DNA of 63,947 nt, filler included, from Licmophora abbreviata (GCA_900291995.1; 20 parts of 20 records of this genome joined end to end with filler, not necessarily neighbours in it); one strand, 5' to 3'. Counted from the whole stretch's first letter, positions 1-9,691 are shown. Program-made: numbers and translations. The notes: a model not told the origin generated them from the letters alone.

Positions 1-1692
1 GATGAGGCGTGGGCCCTCGTGCTCACATCGGACGATCTTGAAGGCTTTTCCGCAGCCGATGGCCAGACGATCACGATCGCGGCAGATGTCGGAGACGCCG
101 CCGGAAACCCGGCACCACAAGCCAGAGCCAGCCTCGACATCGATCTGACCGCGCCGACCATTTCCTTTGTCGATGACGTGCCGGCCGAATATGTGCTGAC
201 ACTTGCCGAACTGGCGGCAGATCCCGACAGCGGCACCGAGGTGACCACGGATGCGCCGCAAGGCACGCCCGTAACCCTGACTTTCGCCGACGCCAATGAC
301 GTCATCTTCAGCGTCCGAGATAGGGTGTCGGATGGCGGCACCTTCGCGATCGATTTTCTCGATGCCGACTTGCTCGCCGCTTTGTCGGATCAGACCGCCT
401 ATACTGTCACGGTCGAGATTGGCGATGATGCGGGCAACACGGCCAGCGACAGCTTCAGTCTCACGACCGATTTCAAACCCTCGCTCACCCTGAACGAGGT
501 CGGCGTGGATGGAGCGATTGACCTTGACGGGGCGGCTCTCACCGCTGTGACCGGCACGGCCCTTGGCGCCGATGGCCGGACCGTGACCGTGACATTCGTG
601 AACATCGACACGCAAGCGGTGATCGGCACCACGACCGGCGATGTGACGAACGGCGCGTGGTCTGCCCCGGTCAACGCCGCCCTTCTTGAACAGATCTCCG
701 CCGGTCAGGTCTATACCGTGAACGCCGATGTCAGCAACGCGGATGGGCGCGCGGCGGACACGGTCAGCCAGTCGGTCTCTGGCTATCTCCCGTCCGAGTT
801 CGGCTATTTCCTTGTGTTCGATTCCAGCCAGTTCGTCACGATCCTGTCCCTCACCGGGGAGGACTTCAATTCAAACGACGGGTTCAGCACCGAGATTTCG
901 TTCGACCCCCTTGAGAACCCCTATGTTCCAAATTCGGTCGTTCCGAACTCGGGCCTGACCCTCTTCCTTCCCAATGAAGCAGGCGCAGGCGACGGCACGC
1001 TGCTCGTCGGTGGCGGCACGCTCACCACGCCTTTGCAGCCGCTTTCCCCGCTGTTCCTCTTCGATCTGGAATCCGATGGCCAAACTCCGATCACGCTGCG
1101 CTTCGACCACGAGGTGAAAGATATCACCAGCGGGTCTGCTGAACTCATTATTGGCACCATGGGGGATGATGTCCTGCTCGGCGACAATATCGACAGCTTC
1201 ATTCGTGGCAGGGGCGGGGATGATGTGATCAATGTCGGCGCTTCGGGCGCAAATGTTGTGGTGTTCGAAACCACGCCCTTGGCCAACGGCGTCGATACGG
1301 TCGCCGGTTTCACCATCGGCCTCGGCGACGCGGTCGATGACACGATGTTCTTTCAGGGGCAGATCGACCTCAGGGGCGATGGCACCATCGTCGAGGCCCT
1401 GGCCGGCGGCACGATCGGCGCCAATACCGGGTTCGTGATCTTCACCACCGCACAGGCGATCCCCTCGGTGTCCGACGCGCTGAACGCAGTCAGCGGTTTC
1501 GGCCCAGACGAGCAGTTCTACCTGATGGTCGGCGATGGCACAAATGCGCAACTCGCGCTGGTCACGACCGATGCGAACAGCAGTCCTACCGCCGAAGTGA
1601 TGGCCGATTTCCAGGGTATCGGCGGGTTGGATCAACTCGCCCCGTCGCAGATCATCCTGTCCGACCCCACAGGCCAAGCGGTGCTGACGTAG
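1..1692 (+). CDS. Large type I secretion substrate, C-terminal part (Ig-like repeats, possible cohesin-like domain, RTX-like C-terminus); 5' end lies outside the window
   Basis: Frame open from base 1. Acidic Thr/Asp/Ala-rich repeats with D.AGN motifs (VGDAAGN, IGDDAGN), RTX-like IIGTMGDDVLLG and IRGRGGDDVINVG; lies directly upstream of sapC/TolC/ABC/HlyD genes. Confidence 0.85.
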   Translation, partial: DEAWALVLTSDDLEGFSAADGQTITIAADVGDAAGNPAPQARASLDIDLTAPTISFVDDVPAEYVLTLAELAADPDSGTEVTTDAPQGTPVTLTFADANDVIFSVRDRVSDGGTFAIDFLDADLLAALSDQTAYTVTVEIGDDAGNTASDSFSLTTDFKPSLTLNEVGVDGAIDLDGAALTAVTGTALGADGRTVTVTFVNIDTQAVIGTTTGDVTNGAWSAPVNAALLEQISAGQVYTVNADVSNADGRAADTVSQSVSGYLPSEFGYFLVFDSSQFVTILSLTGEDFNSNDGFSTEISFDPLENPYVPNSVVPNSGLTLFLPNEAGAGDGTLLVGGGTLTTPLQPLSPLFLFDLESDGQTPITLRFDHEVKDITSGSAELIIGTMGDDVLLGDNIDSFIRGRGGDDVINVGASGANVVVFETTPLANGVDTVAGFTIGLGDAVDDTMFFQGQIDLRGDGTIVEALAGGTIGANTGFVIFTTAQAIPSVSDALNAVSGFGPDEQFYLMVGDGTNAQLALVTTDANSSPTAEVMADFQGIGGLDQLAPSQIILSDPTGQAVLT

Positions 1693-1705
1693 CGCCCCAT
1701 GAAAC

Positions 1706-1739
1706 TGAAGCCATGGGCTGGTTCCGGCCCGTGGTTTCA
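1706..1739 (+). terminator. Stem-loop after the T1SS substrate gene (terminator or mRNA-stabilising hairpin)
   Basis: TGAAGCCATGGGCTGG-TT-CCGGCCCGTGGTTTCA pairs along its whole length with G.U pairs, 14 nt after the stop; no long U-tract. Confidence 0.5.
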
Positions 1740-1758
1740 CCAGAAAGACCCAGTCCTC

Positions 1759-2595
1759 ATGGCCATGACTGCAAGCGCACAGCTTGACACATTTATCGTT
1801 CCGGTCACGCCCGAGCGTCACGGCGCCCGCCGCTGGCGCCGCTTTGCGTCCTATGCCTTCGCTCGGTCCGTGCGCGATGTTCCCGTGGTCATGGCCGAGT
1901 TGGAACCAGCCGCCAGCGCCCTGCCACTGGTGTTTCGCCAAACGCCCTCGGGCTGGGAGGTGGTCGCGTTGCTCAGCCTCTCCTCGGCCTCGTGCGGGAT
2001 CTTTGTCACCGCACAAGGCACGTGGCGCGGCACCTATGTGCCATCCGCCTTGCGTGCCTATCCCTTTGTCGCGGACGAGACAGGCACGGACGGGAAGGCG
2101 ACGCTGATGATCGACGAAGCCAGCGGCCTGATCACCGACGATCCCGCTGACGAGCCGTTTTTTGACGCCACGTCTCAACCCTCCGAGGCGCTGGCACAGG
2201 TGGTGACGTTCTTTCGCACCCGCGCCGCGTCCCAGATCGAAACCCGCACCGCCGCCCGCGCCCTTGCCGATGCGGGCCTGCTGACCAAATGGACGCCCTC
2301 GCATCCCGTGACCGAGGTGGATGCCTCGGGCTATTGGACGGTGGATCAGGTGGCGCTTGGCGCATTAGCCGACCATCATCTTGCCGAATTGTGGCGCTCT
2401 GGCGCCTTGCGGCTGGCGCACGCCCAAGGGGTCTCGCAACATCACATCGGCTGGATCGCACGGATTGTCGCGGCAGGGCTTGGGAAAACAGGATCCGTTG
2501 CCGTATCGCCGCCGCCCCAACCTTCGGGCGATATCGCCTCTTTCCTGTCGGCGCTGTCAGATGCGCAGGCCGCGGACTTGGATCAGCGATCATGA
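1759..2595 (+). CDS. sapC: SapC family protein
   Basis: VPVVMAEL..PLVF..VALLSL..WRGTYVPSALRAYPF..LMIDE..LRLAHAQGVS matches the SapC pattern. Start taken at 1759 (alternatives 1699, 1765) because 1706-1739 is a hairpin. Confidence 0.8.
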   Translation: MAMTASAQLDTFIVPVTPERHGARRWRRFASYAFARSVRDVPVVMAELEPAASALPLVFRQTPSGWEVVALLSLSSASCGIFVTAQGTWRGTYVPSALRAYPFVADETGTDGKATLMIDEASGLITDDPADEPFFDATSQPSEALAQVVTFFRTRAASQIETRTAARALADAGLLTKWTPSHPVTEVDASGYWTVDQVALGALADHHLAELWRSGALRLAHAQGVSQHHIGWIARIVAAGLGKTGSVAVSPPPQPSGDIASFLSALSDAQAADLDQRS

Positions 2596-3252
2596 CGCGC
2601 CGCCCGCTTGCCATTTGTGCCTTGGCCCTGCTTGGCGCCTGCGCCGAAGCGCCGGATCTTACGGCAATCGAGGCCAGCATCGCCCCCGGCACGCCGGGGC
2701 TTGGGGCCAAACGGATATCCGGCTCGCTGGCCGACACGCCCTATGGCCAGGCCATCGCGGCGGCGACCCTTGATAATCCGGCCCTCGGACGGGCCAATGC
2801 CGCCATTCGCTTGGCCCTTGCGCAAAAGCGTGCTGCCAACTCGGCGTTCAAGCCGGATCTCTCGGTTGGGATCGGCGGGGAAACGCGTCTCGTTCGCAGC
2901 AGTGCCGACAGCACCCTGTCGCCTTTCGCCCGGGTATCTCAACTGGTCTATGACGGTGGCGCGGCGCAGGCCGATCAGACCGCCGCACAGGCGCGTGTTT
3001 TCGAAAGCCGGGCAGGGCGTATAGAAACGGGATCCTCGGCGGCCCTGTCGGCAGTCGAGGCACATCAGGAGTTGCTCAGCCGGCAAAAGCTGATGGCGCT
3101 GGCGCAAGACAATATGCGCGCGTTGCAGCAGATCGCCGCAAATATCGACGAGCGTGCGGCGCGAGGGGCGGGGTCGACAACCGACCAACTGACCGCCGAA
3201 AGCCGTCTGGCCGATGCCGAAACCCGGCTGGCCGATGCGCAGGGCAATCTTG
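2592..3252 (+). CDS. TolC family outer-membrane protein (T1SS), 5' part, cut by linker
   Basis: Lipobox LALLGAC, VSQLVYDGG outer-membrane efflux motif, ATGA overlap with the sapC stop. Confidence 0.8.
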
Positions 3253-3352
3253 NNNNNNNNNNNNNNNNNNNNNNNNNNNNNNNNNNNNNNNNNNNNTTAA
3301 TTAATTAANNNNNNNNNNNNNNNNNNNNNNNNNNNNNNNNNNNNNNNNNNNN
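3253..3352. other. Artificial contig linker N44-TTAATTAATTAA-N44 (first of 19; others start at 5087, 6328, 9692, 15819, 17123, 19207, 20598, 22518, 26479, 28389, 31823, 40429, 42907, 44570, 46918, 48618, 51853, 61407)
   Basis: Identical 100-nt spacer with stops in all six frames, repeated 19 times. Confidence 0.98.
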
Positions 3353-3769
3353 CGCCACGCGCGCGATACCGACATTCTGGACGCGGCCCGCATCGCCGGG
3401 GTCGAGGATTTCATCGCACGGCATCCCTCGGGGTATGATCTGATGCTGGCCGAACGCGGCGAAGGGCTTTCGGGTGGTCAACGTCAGGCGATCACTCTGG
3501 CGCGCGCCCTTGTCGGTAAACCGCCCATCCTGCTGCTGGATGAACCGACCAGCGCGATGGACGTGCAGAACGAACGTGACGTGATCGCCCGCCTCAAGAC
3601 GCATATGCGCGATCAGACCATGGTCATCGTGACCCACAGAACCAGCCTTCTGGATCTCGTTGACCGGGTCATCGTGATCGAGGACGGCAAGGTCGCTGTC
3701 GACGGCGACAAGAGTCTTTTGTCCCAACGCGCCGCGGCGCATGGGTCGGGGGGCGGTCATGGCGCGTGA
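3353..3769 (+). CDS. T1SS ABC transporter permease/ATPase, 3' part
   Basis: LSGGQRQ signature, ILLLDEPTSAMD Walker B, VTHR H-loop. Confidence 0.9.
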   Translation, partial: RHARDTDILDAARIAGVEDFIARHPSGYDLMLAERGEGLSGGQRQAITLARALVGKPPILLLDEPTSAMDVQNERDVIARLKTHMRDQTMVIVTHRTSLLDLVDRVIVIEDGKVAVDGDKSLLSQRAAAHGSGGGHGA

Positions 3770-5069
3770 CATGGATTTCGAGCGACTGGCCGCCGAAATG
3801 CGCGGCCGGTCTCCGCTGCGCGGCTCGATCCTGCTCCTGACGATCCTGGTTTTTCTGGTCGCCATCTTCATCTGGGCGGCCAGGACGGAAATCGACAATA
3901 TCACCCGGGCCTTGGGGCGGATCGTGCCCTCGGCCTCGGTTCAGGTGATCGAAGCCACCGAACCCGGGGTTCTGAACGCGCTGCATGTGCGCGAAGGCAC
4001 TGTCGTGGCCGCCGGCGATCTGTTGATGGAGCTGGACGGCACCCTTCTGGACAGCCAACTGGATCAGGAACAGCAGCGCGCCTACGGCCTGATGGCCCGG
4101 ATCGAACGGCTAAAGGCAGAAATCAACGCGCAGCCCCTGCAGTTTTCCGATAAGCTCGTCGCCCGTGCGCTGGACGTGGTTCAATCCGAAACAGCGCTCC
4201 ATCGCGGCCGTCAGGCCGAATTGCAGGCCGAGATCGACATCCTCGAACGTCAGCGCCAGCAGCGCCAGCAGGAATACGAGGAAGGTCTCGCCGACAACCA
4301 GACCGCGCAAGCCACCCTCGCGGTTCTGTCCGAGGAACGTACGATGATGGCGCCGCTCGTCGAACGCGGCATGGAGCCCGCGACGACCCTTCTTTCGCTG
4401 CGCCGCTCCGAGGCCGAATGGCAGGGCCGCGCCACCCGCTCCAAGGCGTCTCTGGCCCGGCTGCAGGGCGCGCTCGAGGAAATCGACGACCGCATTCGCG
4501 CCCAGCAGGAACGGTTCCGCGCCACGGCCTTGTCCGATTTGGCGCTCGCCACCGCCGAACTGGCCGCGCTGCGCCCCGCGCTGCCCGCCCTCCAGAGCAG
4601 GGCCGACCGCTCGCGCATCGTGGCGCCGGTGCGCGGCATCGTGAACCGGATACACCGCTCCACACTGGGCAGCATGGCCCGTCAAGGCGAAGAGTTGATC
4701 GAGATCGTGCCCCTCGATGACACTCTTTTGGTCGAGGCCCATGTCCGCCCCGACGACATCGCGTTCCTCTATCCCGGTCAGCCCGTCAAGGTGCAGATCA
4801 CCGCCTATGATGCTTCCCGCTACGGCAGTCTGGATGGCGAAATCCTGCGGATCGGCGCGGATGCCGTCACCCGCTCCGAACGTGAGGAAGAAGAGTTTTT
4901 CGTGGTCGAGATCCGCACCACGGGCACGATCCTCGATGCCGATGGCGTCGCGGTCGAGATCATGCCCGGCATGGTGGCGCAAGCCAATATCCTGACCGGG
5001 CGCAAGACGGTGCTGGAGTATCTGCTTCAGCCCGTCGTGCGCGTCCGCGACAGGGCGTTTCGCGAATAG
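3759..5069 (+). CDS. HlyD family T1SS periplasmic adaptor
   Basis: N-terminal TM helix, coiled coil, APVRGIV, TAYD..RYGSLDG, MPGM..G.KTVLEYLLQP. Confidence 0.93.
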   Translation: MARDMDFERLAAEMRGRSPLRGSILLLTILVFLVAIFIWAARTEIDNITRALGRIVPSASVQVIEATEPGVLNALHVREGTVVAAGDLLMELDGTLLDSQLDQEQQRAYGLMARIERLKAEINAQPLQFSDKLVARALDVVQSETALHRGRQAELQAEIDILERQRQQRQQEYEEGLADNQTAQATLAVLSEERTMMAPLVERGMEPATTLLSLRRSEAEWQGRATRSKASLARLQGALEEIDDRIRAQQERFRATALSDLALATAELAALRPALPALQSRADRSRIVAPVRGIVNRIHRSTLGSMARQGEELIEIVPLDDTLLVEAHVRPDDIAFLYPGQPVKVQITAYDASRYGSLDGEILRIGADAVTRSEREEEEFFVVEIRTTGTILDADGVAVEIMPGMVAQANILTGRKTVLEYLLQPVVRVRDRAFRE

Positions 5070-5186
5070 GCCCGGCCACAGCCACGNNNNNNNNNNNNNN
5101 NNNNNNNNNNNNNNNNNNNNNNNNNNNNNNTTAATTAATTAANNNNNNNNNNNNNNNNNNNNNNNNNNNNNNNNNNNNNNNNNNNN

Positions 5187-5760
5187 AATCCGTACCCGCG
5201 ATCGCCGCCGCACAGCCGATATATCCCTCCGCCGGGCAGCGTGTCAGCATGGTCCTCCACAGCGGAACATCCGGATCATGCGCCCGAAAGCCGCGCGAGA
5301 ACCAGCGCTCCATCACCTCATCCGCCAGCGCCTCCATCCCGCCCTGCCGGACCTGCTCGATCCGCTCCTGCCACATCCGCGCATGACCGATCTTCGCCGC
5401 CGTGTTCGACAGCACCATGCCGCGCACCAGATCCAGCCGCTTGACCGCCAGCCCCTGCGCGATTAGCCCGCCGATAGACATCCCCACGAAGACGCAGTCG
5501 CGCGCACCCAGATGATCCAGAAGCCGCTCCGCATCGCGCACCAGCGCGCCCATCGCATAGGGTGCCGGCGGACAATCGCTCAGCCCGTGACCGCGCTTGT
5601 CATAGCGGATGATCCTGAGCCCTTTCGGCAAGAGCGGCACCACAGCCTCCCAAAGCCTCAGGTCGGTGCCAAGCGCATTGGCAAAGACCACCGGCGCTCC
5701 GGCCGGATCTCCATCCTCCCGGTAATGCAGCCGCAGATCTCCCAGATCGGCCAGTCTCAT
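5187..5760 (-). CDS. pcaD: 3-oxoadipate enol-lactonase (alpha/beta hydrolase), 3' end cut by linker
   Basis: FANALGTDLRLW, YDKRGHGLS, GMSIGG nucleophile elbow, LSNTAAKIG. Confidence 0.85.
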
Positions 5761-5806
5761 GGGGCAGGTCTCCTTGTGCATGCGCCGCCTTCATGGCCGA
5801 GACTGC

Positions 5807-5857
5807 GCCACAGGGTCAAGCCACAGGGTCAAGCCACAGGGTCAAGCCACAGGGTCA
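5807..5857. repeat. Tandem repeat, 13-bp unit GCCACAGGGTCAA x ~3.9
   Basis: Copies start at 5807, 5820, 5833 and 5846 (last lacks the final A). Confidence 0.95.
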
Positions 5858-6062
5858 CACCACTGGCCCCGGCACCGCGCGGCCCCCATCTGCCGCTTCG
5901 CACAGCCAGCAAACGTCCGGACCCGACCCGCCCGCATTTTCACCGTTCCCCAAATACTCCCGCCGGAGGCATCCCCCCCCGAACGGCAATCGGCCGCGGC
6001 CCGTCTCGCGCCGCACCTAATCCCTGTCGTGCCTCAGCCGTGACTCAGAAAAAGCCTGGACT

Positions 6063-6167
6063 TGGACTTGCCCTGGAAAGGTGGAGAGCACCACCTGAGG
6101 AACTAGGAGGTGTTCTATGGGAAACGGGAACAGACCGACGCCGGAGTTTCGGCGCGAAGCGGTGCGG
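6063..6167 (+). mobile_element. IS3-family left-end remnant (terminal IR plus first ~17 codons of orfA)
   Basis: TG-starting end TGGACTTGCCCTGGAAAGGTGGAGAG, RBS AGGAGG, ATG at 6117 giving MGNGNRPTPEFRREAVR (typical IS3 orfA start), then abrupt switch to unrelated sequence. Confidence 0.7.
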
Positions 6168-6619
6168 TCTGGGCGACCATCGCCGCGATCAAGTCGTTGA
6201 ACCCCTCGGTCTGATCGGCGCATCCATGCAGCTCATGCCAATATTGCGCGCCAGGAAATGCTGGTCCCGGTGAATGGTGAGCGGCCGGCTCTCCGCCAGA
6301 CGGGTGCCGATGTCATTGGTCCCCTCGNNNNNNNNNNNNNNNNNNNNNNNNNNNNNNNNNNNNNNNNNNNNTTAATTAATTAANNNNNNNNNNNNNNNNN
6401 NNNNNNNNNNNNNNNNNNNNNNNNNNNCGCGCCCTGCGCATCGCGCCGGTCGCGCAGCTCCTTCCCGGTCACCTGCCGCACCTCGCGCCGATGCGCCGGG
6501 TCAAGCCCATGCGCCCGGAACGACCGGTGCCAGGACGCGGCCAGCCGCGATCTCGCCGCCGCTGACCCCGACGACAGCGTGCCGAGCACCCGCTCGCCAT
6601 GCTGGGTCACGCTCAGCAT
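6164..6619 (-). pseudogene. Degraded GAF-domain transcriptional activator (AcoR-like), spanning a linker
   Basis: N-terminus SRLAASWHRS..HGLDP (6619-6428); then EGTNDIGTRLAESRPLTIHRDQHFLARNIGMSCMDAPI (6327-6213), a frame jump to QTEGFNDLIAAMVAQTA, and truncation at the IS remnant. Confidence 0.7.
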
Positions 6620-6780
6620 GGCGCGTGCTTCCACCCGCCGGGCCATATGCCCGCGCCGTGCCATATCTTGCGCATGATCCCCTCCACGTCATCACCGCAC
6701 AGGCGCAACGAAAGCCGGCTTGTCGCGGCGATGTCGATGATCTGGCTCAAATCCGCGCCTTGGGCCTGCACAGGCCGCGC

Positions 6781-6833
6781 GTTTCTTCTGGCGGCAAATA
6801 TCCCGGGGGGGTCCGGGGGGCTGGCCCCCCGGC
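6781..6833. repeat. Dispersed GC-rich palindromic element (AAATA-CCC-GGGGG family; related copies ~5936-5980 and 20698-20730)
   Basis: GTTTCTTCTGGCGGCAAATATCCCGGGGGGGTCCGGGGGGCTGGCCCCCCGG with CCGGGGGG/CCCCCCGG stem. Confidence 0.55.
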
Positions 6834-6860
6834 CTCCGATCCCCGGCCTGCGCCGCTTCG

Positions 6861-7844
6861 TCAGGCGTCCCCGTACCGCTCCAGCGCGTGACGGAACATC
6901 GCCGCATCCACATTGCCGCCGGTGATGACGCAGATCACCGTGTCGCCCTCGACGGCCTCGGGCCTCAGCAGCGCCGCCGCCAGCGCCACGGCGCCGCCCG
7001 GCTCGGCCACCAGCTTGAGCCTTGCAAAGGCCAGCGCCATCGCCTGCAGGGCCTCGTCCTCGCTGACCACCAGACCCAGACCGCACAGCCGTTGCAATAT
7101 CGGAAAGGTCAGATCGCCGGGGCGCGGCGTCACGATCGCATCACAGATCCCGCCCGAGACCTGCGCGTTCTGCACGATCCGGCCCTCTTGCAGGGACCGC
7201 GCCACATCGTCGAACCCCTCCGGCTCGCAGGGCCGCACCCGCAGGCCCGGCGCCTCGGCCTCGAGCGCCAGCGCAACGCCTGAGGTGAGCCCGCCACCGC
7301 CGCAGCAGACCAGCACATCGGCCCGCTCCACACCGACCGCGCGCGCCTGCTCGGCGATCTCCAGCCCGCAGGTGCCTTGCCCCGCGATCACCTGTGGCTC
7401 GTCATAGGGCTTGATCAGCGTCAGGCCCCGCGCCTCGGTCAGTGCCGCACCGATCTCCTCGCGGCTCTCGCCGCCCGCGCGATCATACAGCACCACCTCC
7501 GCGCCAAGCGCGCGGGTGTTGTCGATCTTCATGCGCGGCGCATCGGCGGGCATGATGATCACCGCCGGTACGCCGAACTGGCGCGCCGCCAGCGCCACGC
7601 CCTGCGCGTGATTGCCGCTGGAAAAGGCGATCACCCCGCGCGCCCGCAACTCAGGATCGAGCGCCGACACCGCCGCGCGCCCGCCGCGATACTTGAAACT
7701 GCCGGTATGCTGCAGGCATTCGGGCTTGACCAGAACCCGCCGTCCCGCGATCTCGTCCAGAAACGGTGAGGACAACAGCGGCGTGCGCCGCACATGCCCC
7801 TCAAGCCGCGCGGCAGCGGCGCGGATCATCGCGATATCGCTCAT
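6861..7844 (-). CDS. Threonine/serine dehydratase (PLP, fold type II)
   Basis: TGSFKYRG PLP lysine, SSGNHAQG, CCGGGGL, EPGGA, TGGNVD. Confidence 0.92.
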   Translation of the reverse strand: MSDIAMIRAAAARLEGHVRRTPLLSSPFLDEIAGRRVLVKPECLQHTGSFKYRGGRAAVSALDPELRARGVIAFSSGNHAQGVALAARQFGVPAVIIMPADAPRMKIDNTRALGAEVVLYDRAGGESREEIGAALTEARGLTLIKPYDEPQVIAGQGTCGLEIAEQARAVGVERADVLVCCGGGGLTSGVALALEAEAPGLRVRPCEPEGFDDVARSLQEGRIVQNAQVSGGICDAIVTPRPGDLTFPILQRLCGLGLVVSEDEALQAMALAFARLKLVAEPGGAVALAAALLRPEAVEGDTVICVITGGNVDAAMFRHALERYGDA

Positions 7845-8680
7845 CTTGCGTGCTCCAGAACGGCGCGGATCGCGGTCAGGCTTTCCTCTTCATCCAGAAA
7901 CGGCACATGGCCCCGATCCGGCACGGTCCGGGCGATCAGGCCGGGATGGCGCGCCGCCATCTTCTCCAGCGTCGCCTCGCTCAGCAGGTCCGAATTGGCG
8001 CCCCGGATCACCGCCAGCGGCGTCCGGCTCAGATGATCGAAGAGCGTCCACAGATCCGGGCCCTGACCTGCGCCCGCCTGTCCCACCAGCGCGCGCCGCA
8101 ACTCGGGATCATAGCGTAGTGCCAGCCCGCCACCTGCGCGCTCCTCGAACATCGCCTCGGCCTGCGCGCGCCAGCGCTCCAGCGGCACGCCGGGAAAATC
8201 GCTTGCATGAACGGCTTTCAGCCGCTCGGCGGCAGTGTCCAGATCGGGCAGGTCCGGCGTCTTGCCGACATAGTCCATGATCCGGGCGATCCCTTCGGCG
8301 CTCACCTCTGGGCCGATATCGTTGAGCACCACGCCCGCCAGCCTCTCGGCATGGCTCAGCGACAGCGCCATCGCGATCAGCCCGCCGCGCGACGTGCCAA
8401 TCAGCACCACCCTGTCCAGCCCCAGATGATCCAGAAGCTCCACCGCATCCTGCGCCTCGCGCACGATGTTGTAATTCATGCAATCAACATCCCGGTCCGA
8501 CAGGCCGCGCCCCCGGTAATCCATCCGGATCAGGCGACAGTCGCGCAGATGCGGTGCCACGAAATCGAAATCGCGGGCATTGCGCGTGAGCCCCGCAAGG
8601 CAGAGCACCGCCTGGGCGCCTCTGTCGCCCTCGTCCTCGTAATGAAGGCTCAGCCCGTCGCTGGTGGTGAACCGTGCCAT
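7841..8680 (-). CDS. Alpha/beta hydrolase
   Basis: CLAGLTRNARDF, DYRGRGLS, GTSRGG, NDIGP, GHVPFLDE. Confidence 0.9.
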   Translation of the reverse strand: MARFTTSDGLSLHYEDEGDRGAQAVLCLAGLTRNARDFDFVAPHLRDCRLIRMDYRGRGLSDRDVDCMNYNIVREAQDAVELLDHLGLDRVVLIGTSRGGLIAMALSLSHAERLAGVVLNDIGPEVSAEGIARIMDYVGKTPDLPDLDTAAERLKAVHASDFPGVPLERWRAQAEAMFEERAGGGLALRYDPELRRALVGQAGAGQGPDLWTLFDHLSRTPLAVIRGANSDLLSEATLEKMAARHPGLIARTVPDRGHVPFLDEEESLTAIRAVLEHAR

Positions 8681-8682
8681 GC

Positions 8683-9369
8683 TCAGCCCACCGTCAGCTT
8701 CGGGATGTCGGTGAGATCCTTCAGGATGTGATGCGGGCGGGCGGGCAGGCGGTCCACCGGCTCGCCCGCGCGGTTGACCCATGCCGTCACAAAGCCGTAT
8801 CCCGCCGCCGCCGCCGCGTCCCAGCCGTTCGACGACACGAAAAGCACCTCCTCGGGGGCACAGCCGAACCGCGCCCCCACCATGTCATAGACCGCGCGCG
8901 CCGGCTTGAAGACGCCCACATCCTCGACCGAGAGCACATCGTCCAAGCGATCGCCGATGCCGGCCGAAGCGACAGCGCCCTGCAGCATCCCCGGCGAGCC
9001 GTTCGACAGGATCCCCGTGGCCTTGCCCTGCAGTTTCAGCGCGCTCAGCATCTCCGGCACCTCAGGATAGGCCGCCAGCTCGTGATAAAGCTGCAGAAGG
9101 CGCGCGCGCAGCTCTGCGTCGCCTTCCAGCCCGCTGGCCTCCAGCGCCCAGTCCAGCCCGTCCTGCGTCACATCCCAGAAATCGGCGTGCTGATCCATGA
9201 CCGCGCGCAGCCAGGTGTATTGCAATTGCTTGAGCCGCCAATCCGTGGCGATTTTCGGCCAATGCTTGGCGAATGTTTCTCGGCCCGGTTCATTGGCCGC
9301 GATCCGCGCGGCGGCGGCCACGTCGAACAGCGTGCCATAGGCGTCGAAGATGCAGGTTGTGATAGCCAT
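8683..9369 (-). CDS. Haloacid dehalogenase type II
   Basis: FDAYGTLFD, WRLKQLQYTW, LSNG, FKP, VSSNGWD. Confidence 0.92.
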   Translation of the reverse strand: MAITTCIFDAYGTLFDVAAAARIAANEPGRETFAKHWPKIATDWRLKQLQYTWLRAVMDQHADFWDVTQDGLDWALEASGLEGDAELRARLLQLYHELAAYPEVPEMLSALKLQGKATGILSNGSPGMLQGAVASAGIGDRLDDVLSVEDVGVFKPARAVYDMVGARFGCAPEEVLFVSSNGWDAAAAAGYGFVTAWVNRAGEPVDRLPARPHHILKDLTDIPKLTVG

Positions 9370-9562
9370 GAGCCCTCCGGTGTTGCGGGCCGAGACTGGC
9401 ATGGATCGCCGCGCGCCGAAAGCCCATCTGTTCGCGTCAGCAGATGGTTTGCAATCCGTGGCGCGAGTCACTAGGCTTGGTCTTGACACGCACAAGCACC
9501 CGCGCCAGATGCGCGGCCTTGCAAACCCACCCCCCCCTTCACGAACAAGATTGGAAAAACGC

Positions 9563-9691
9563 ATGACGCAAGTCAAAGAGGGCGATACCGTCCGCATTCA
9601 CTATACCGGCACCCTGACCGATGGCGCCACCTTCGACAGCTCCGAAGGCCGCGATCCGCTGGAATTCACCGTGGGCTCCGGTCAGATCATC
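9563..9691 (+). CDS. FKBP-type peptidyl-prolyl isomerase (SlyD/FkpB-like), 5' part
   Basis: VKEGDTVRIHYTGTLTDGATFDSSEGRDPLEFTVGSGQII. Confidence 0.88.
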
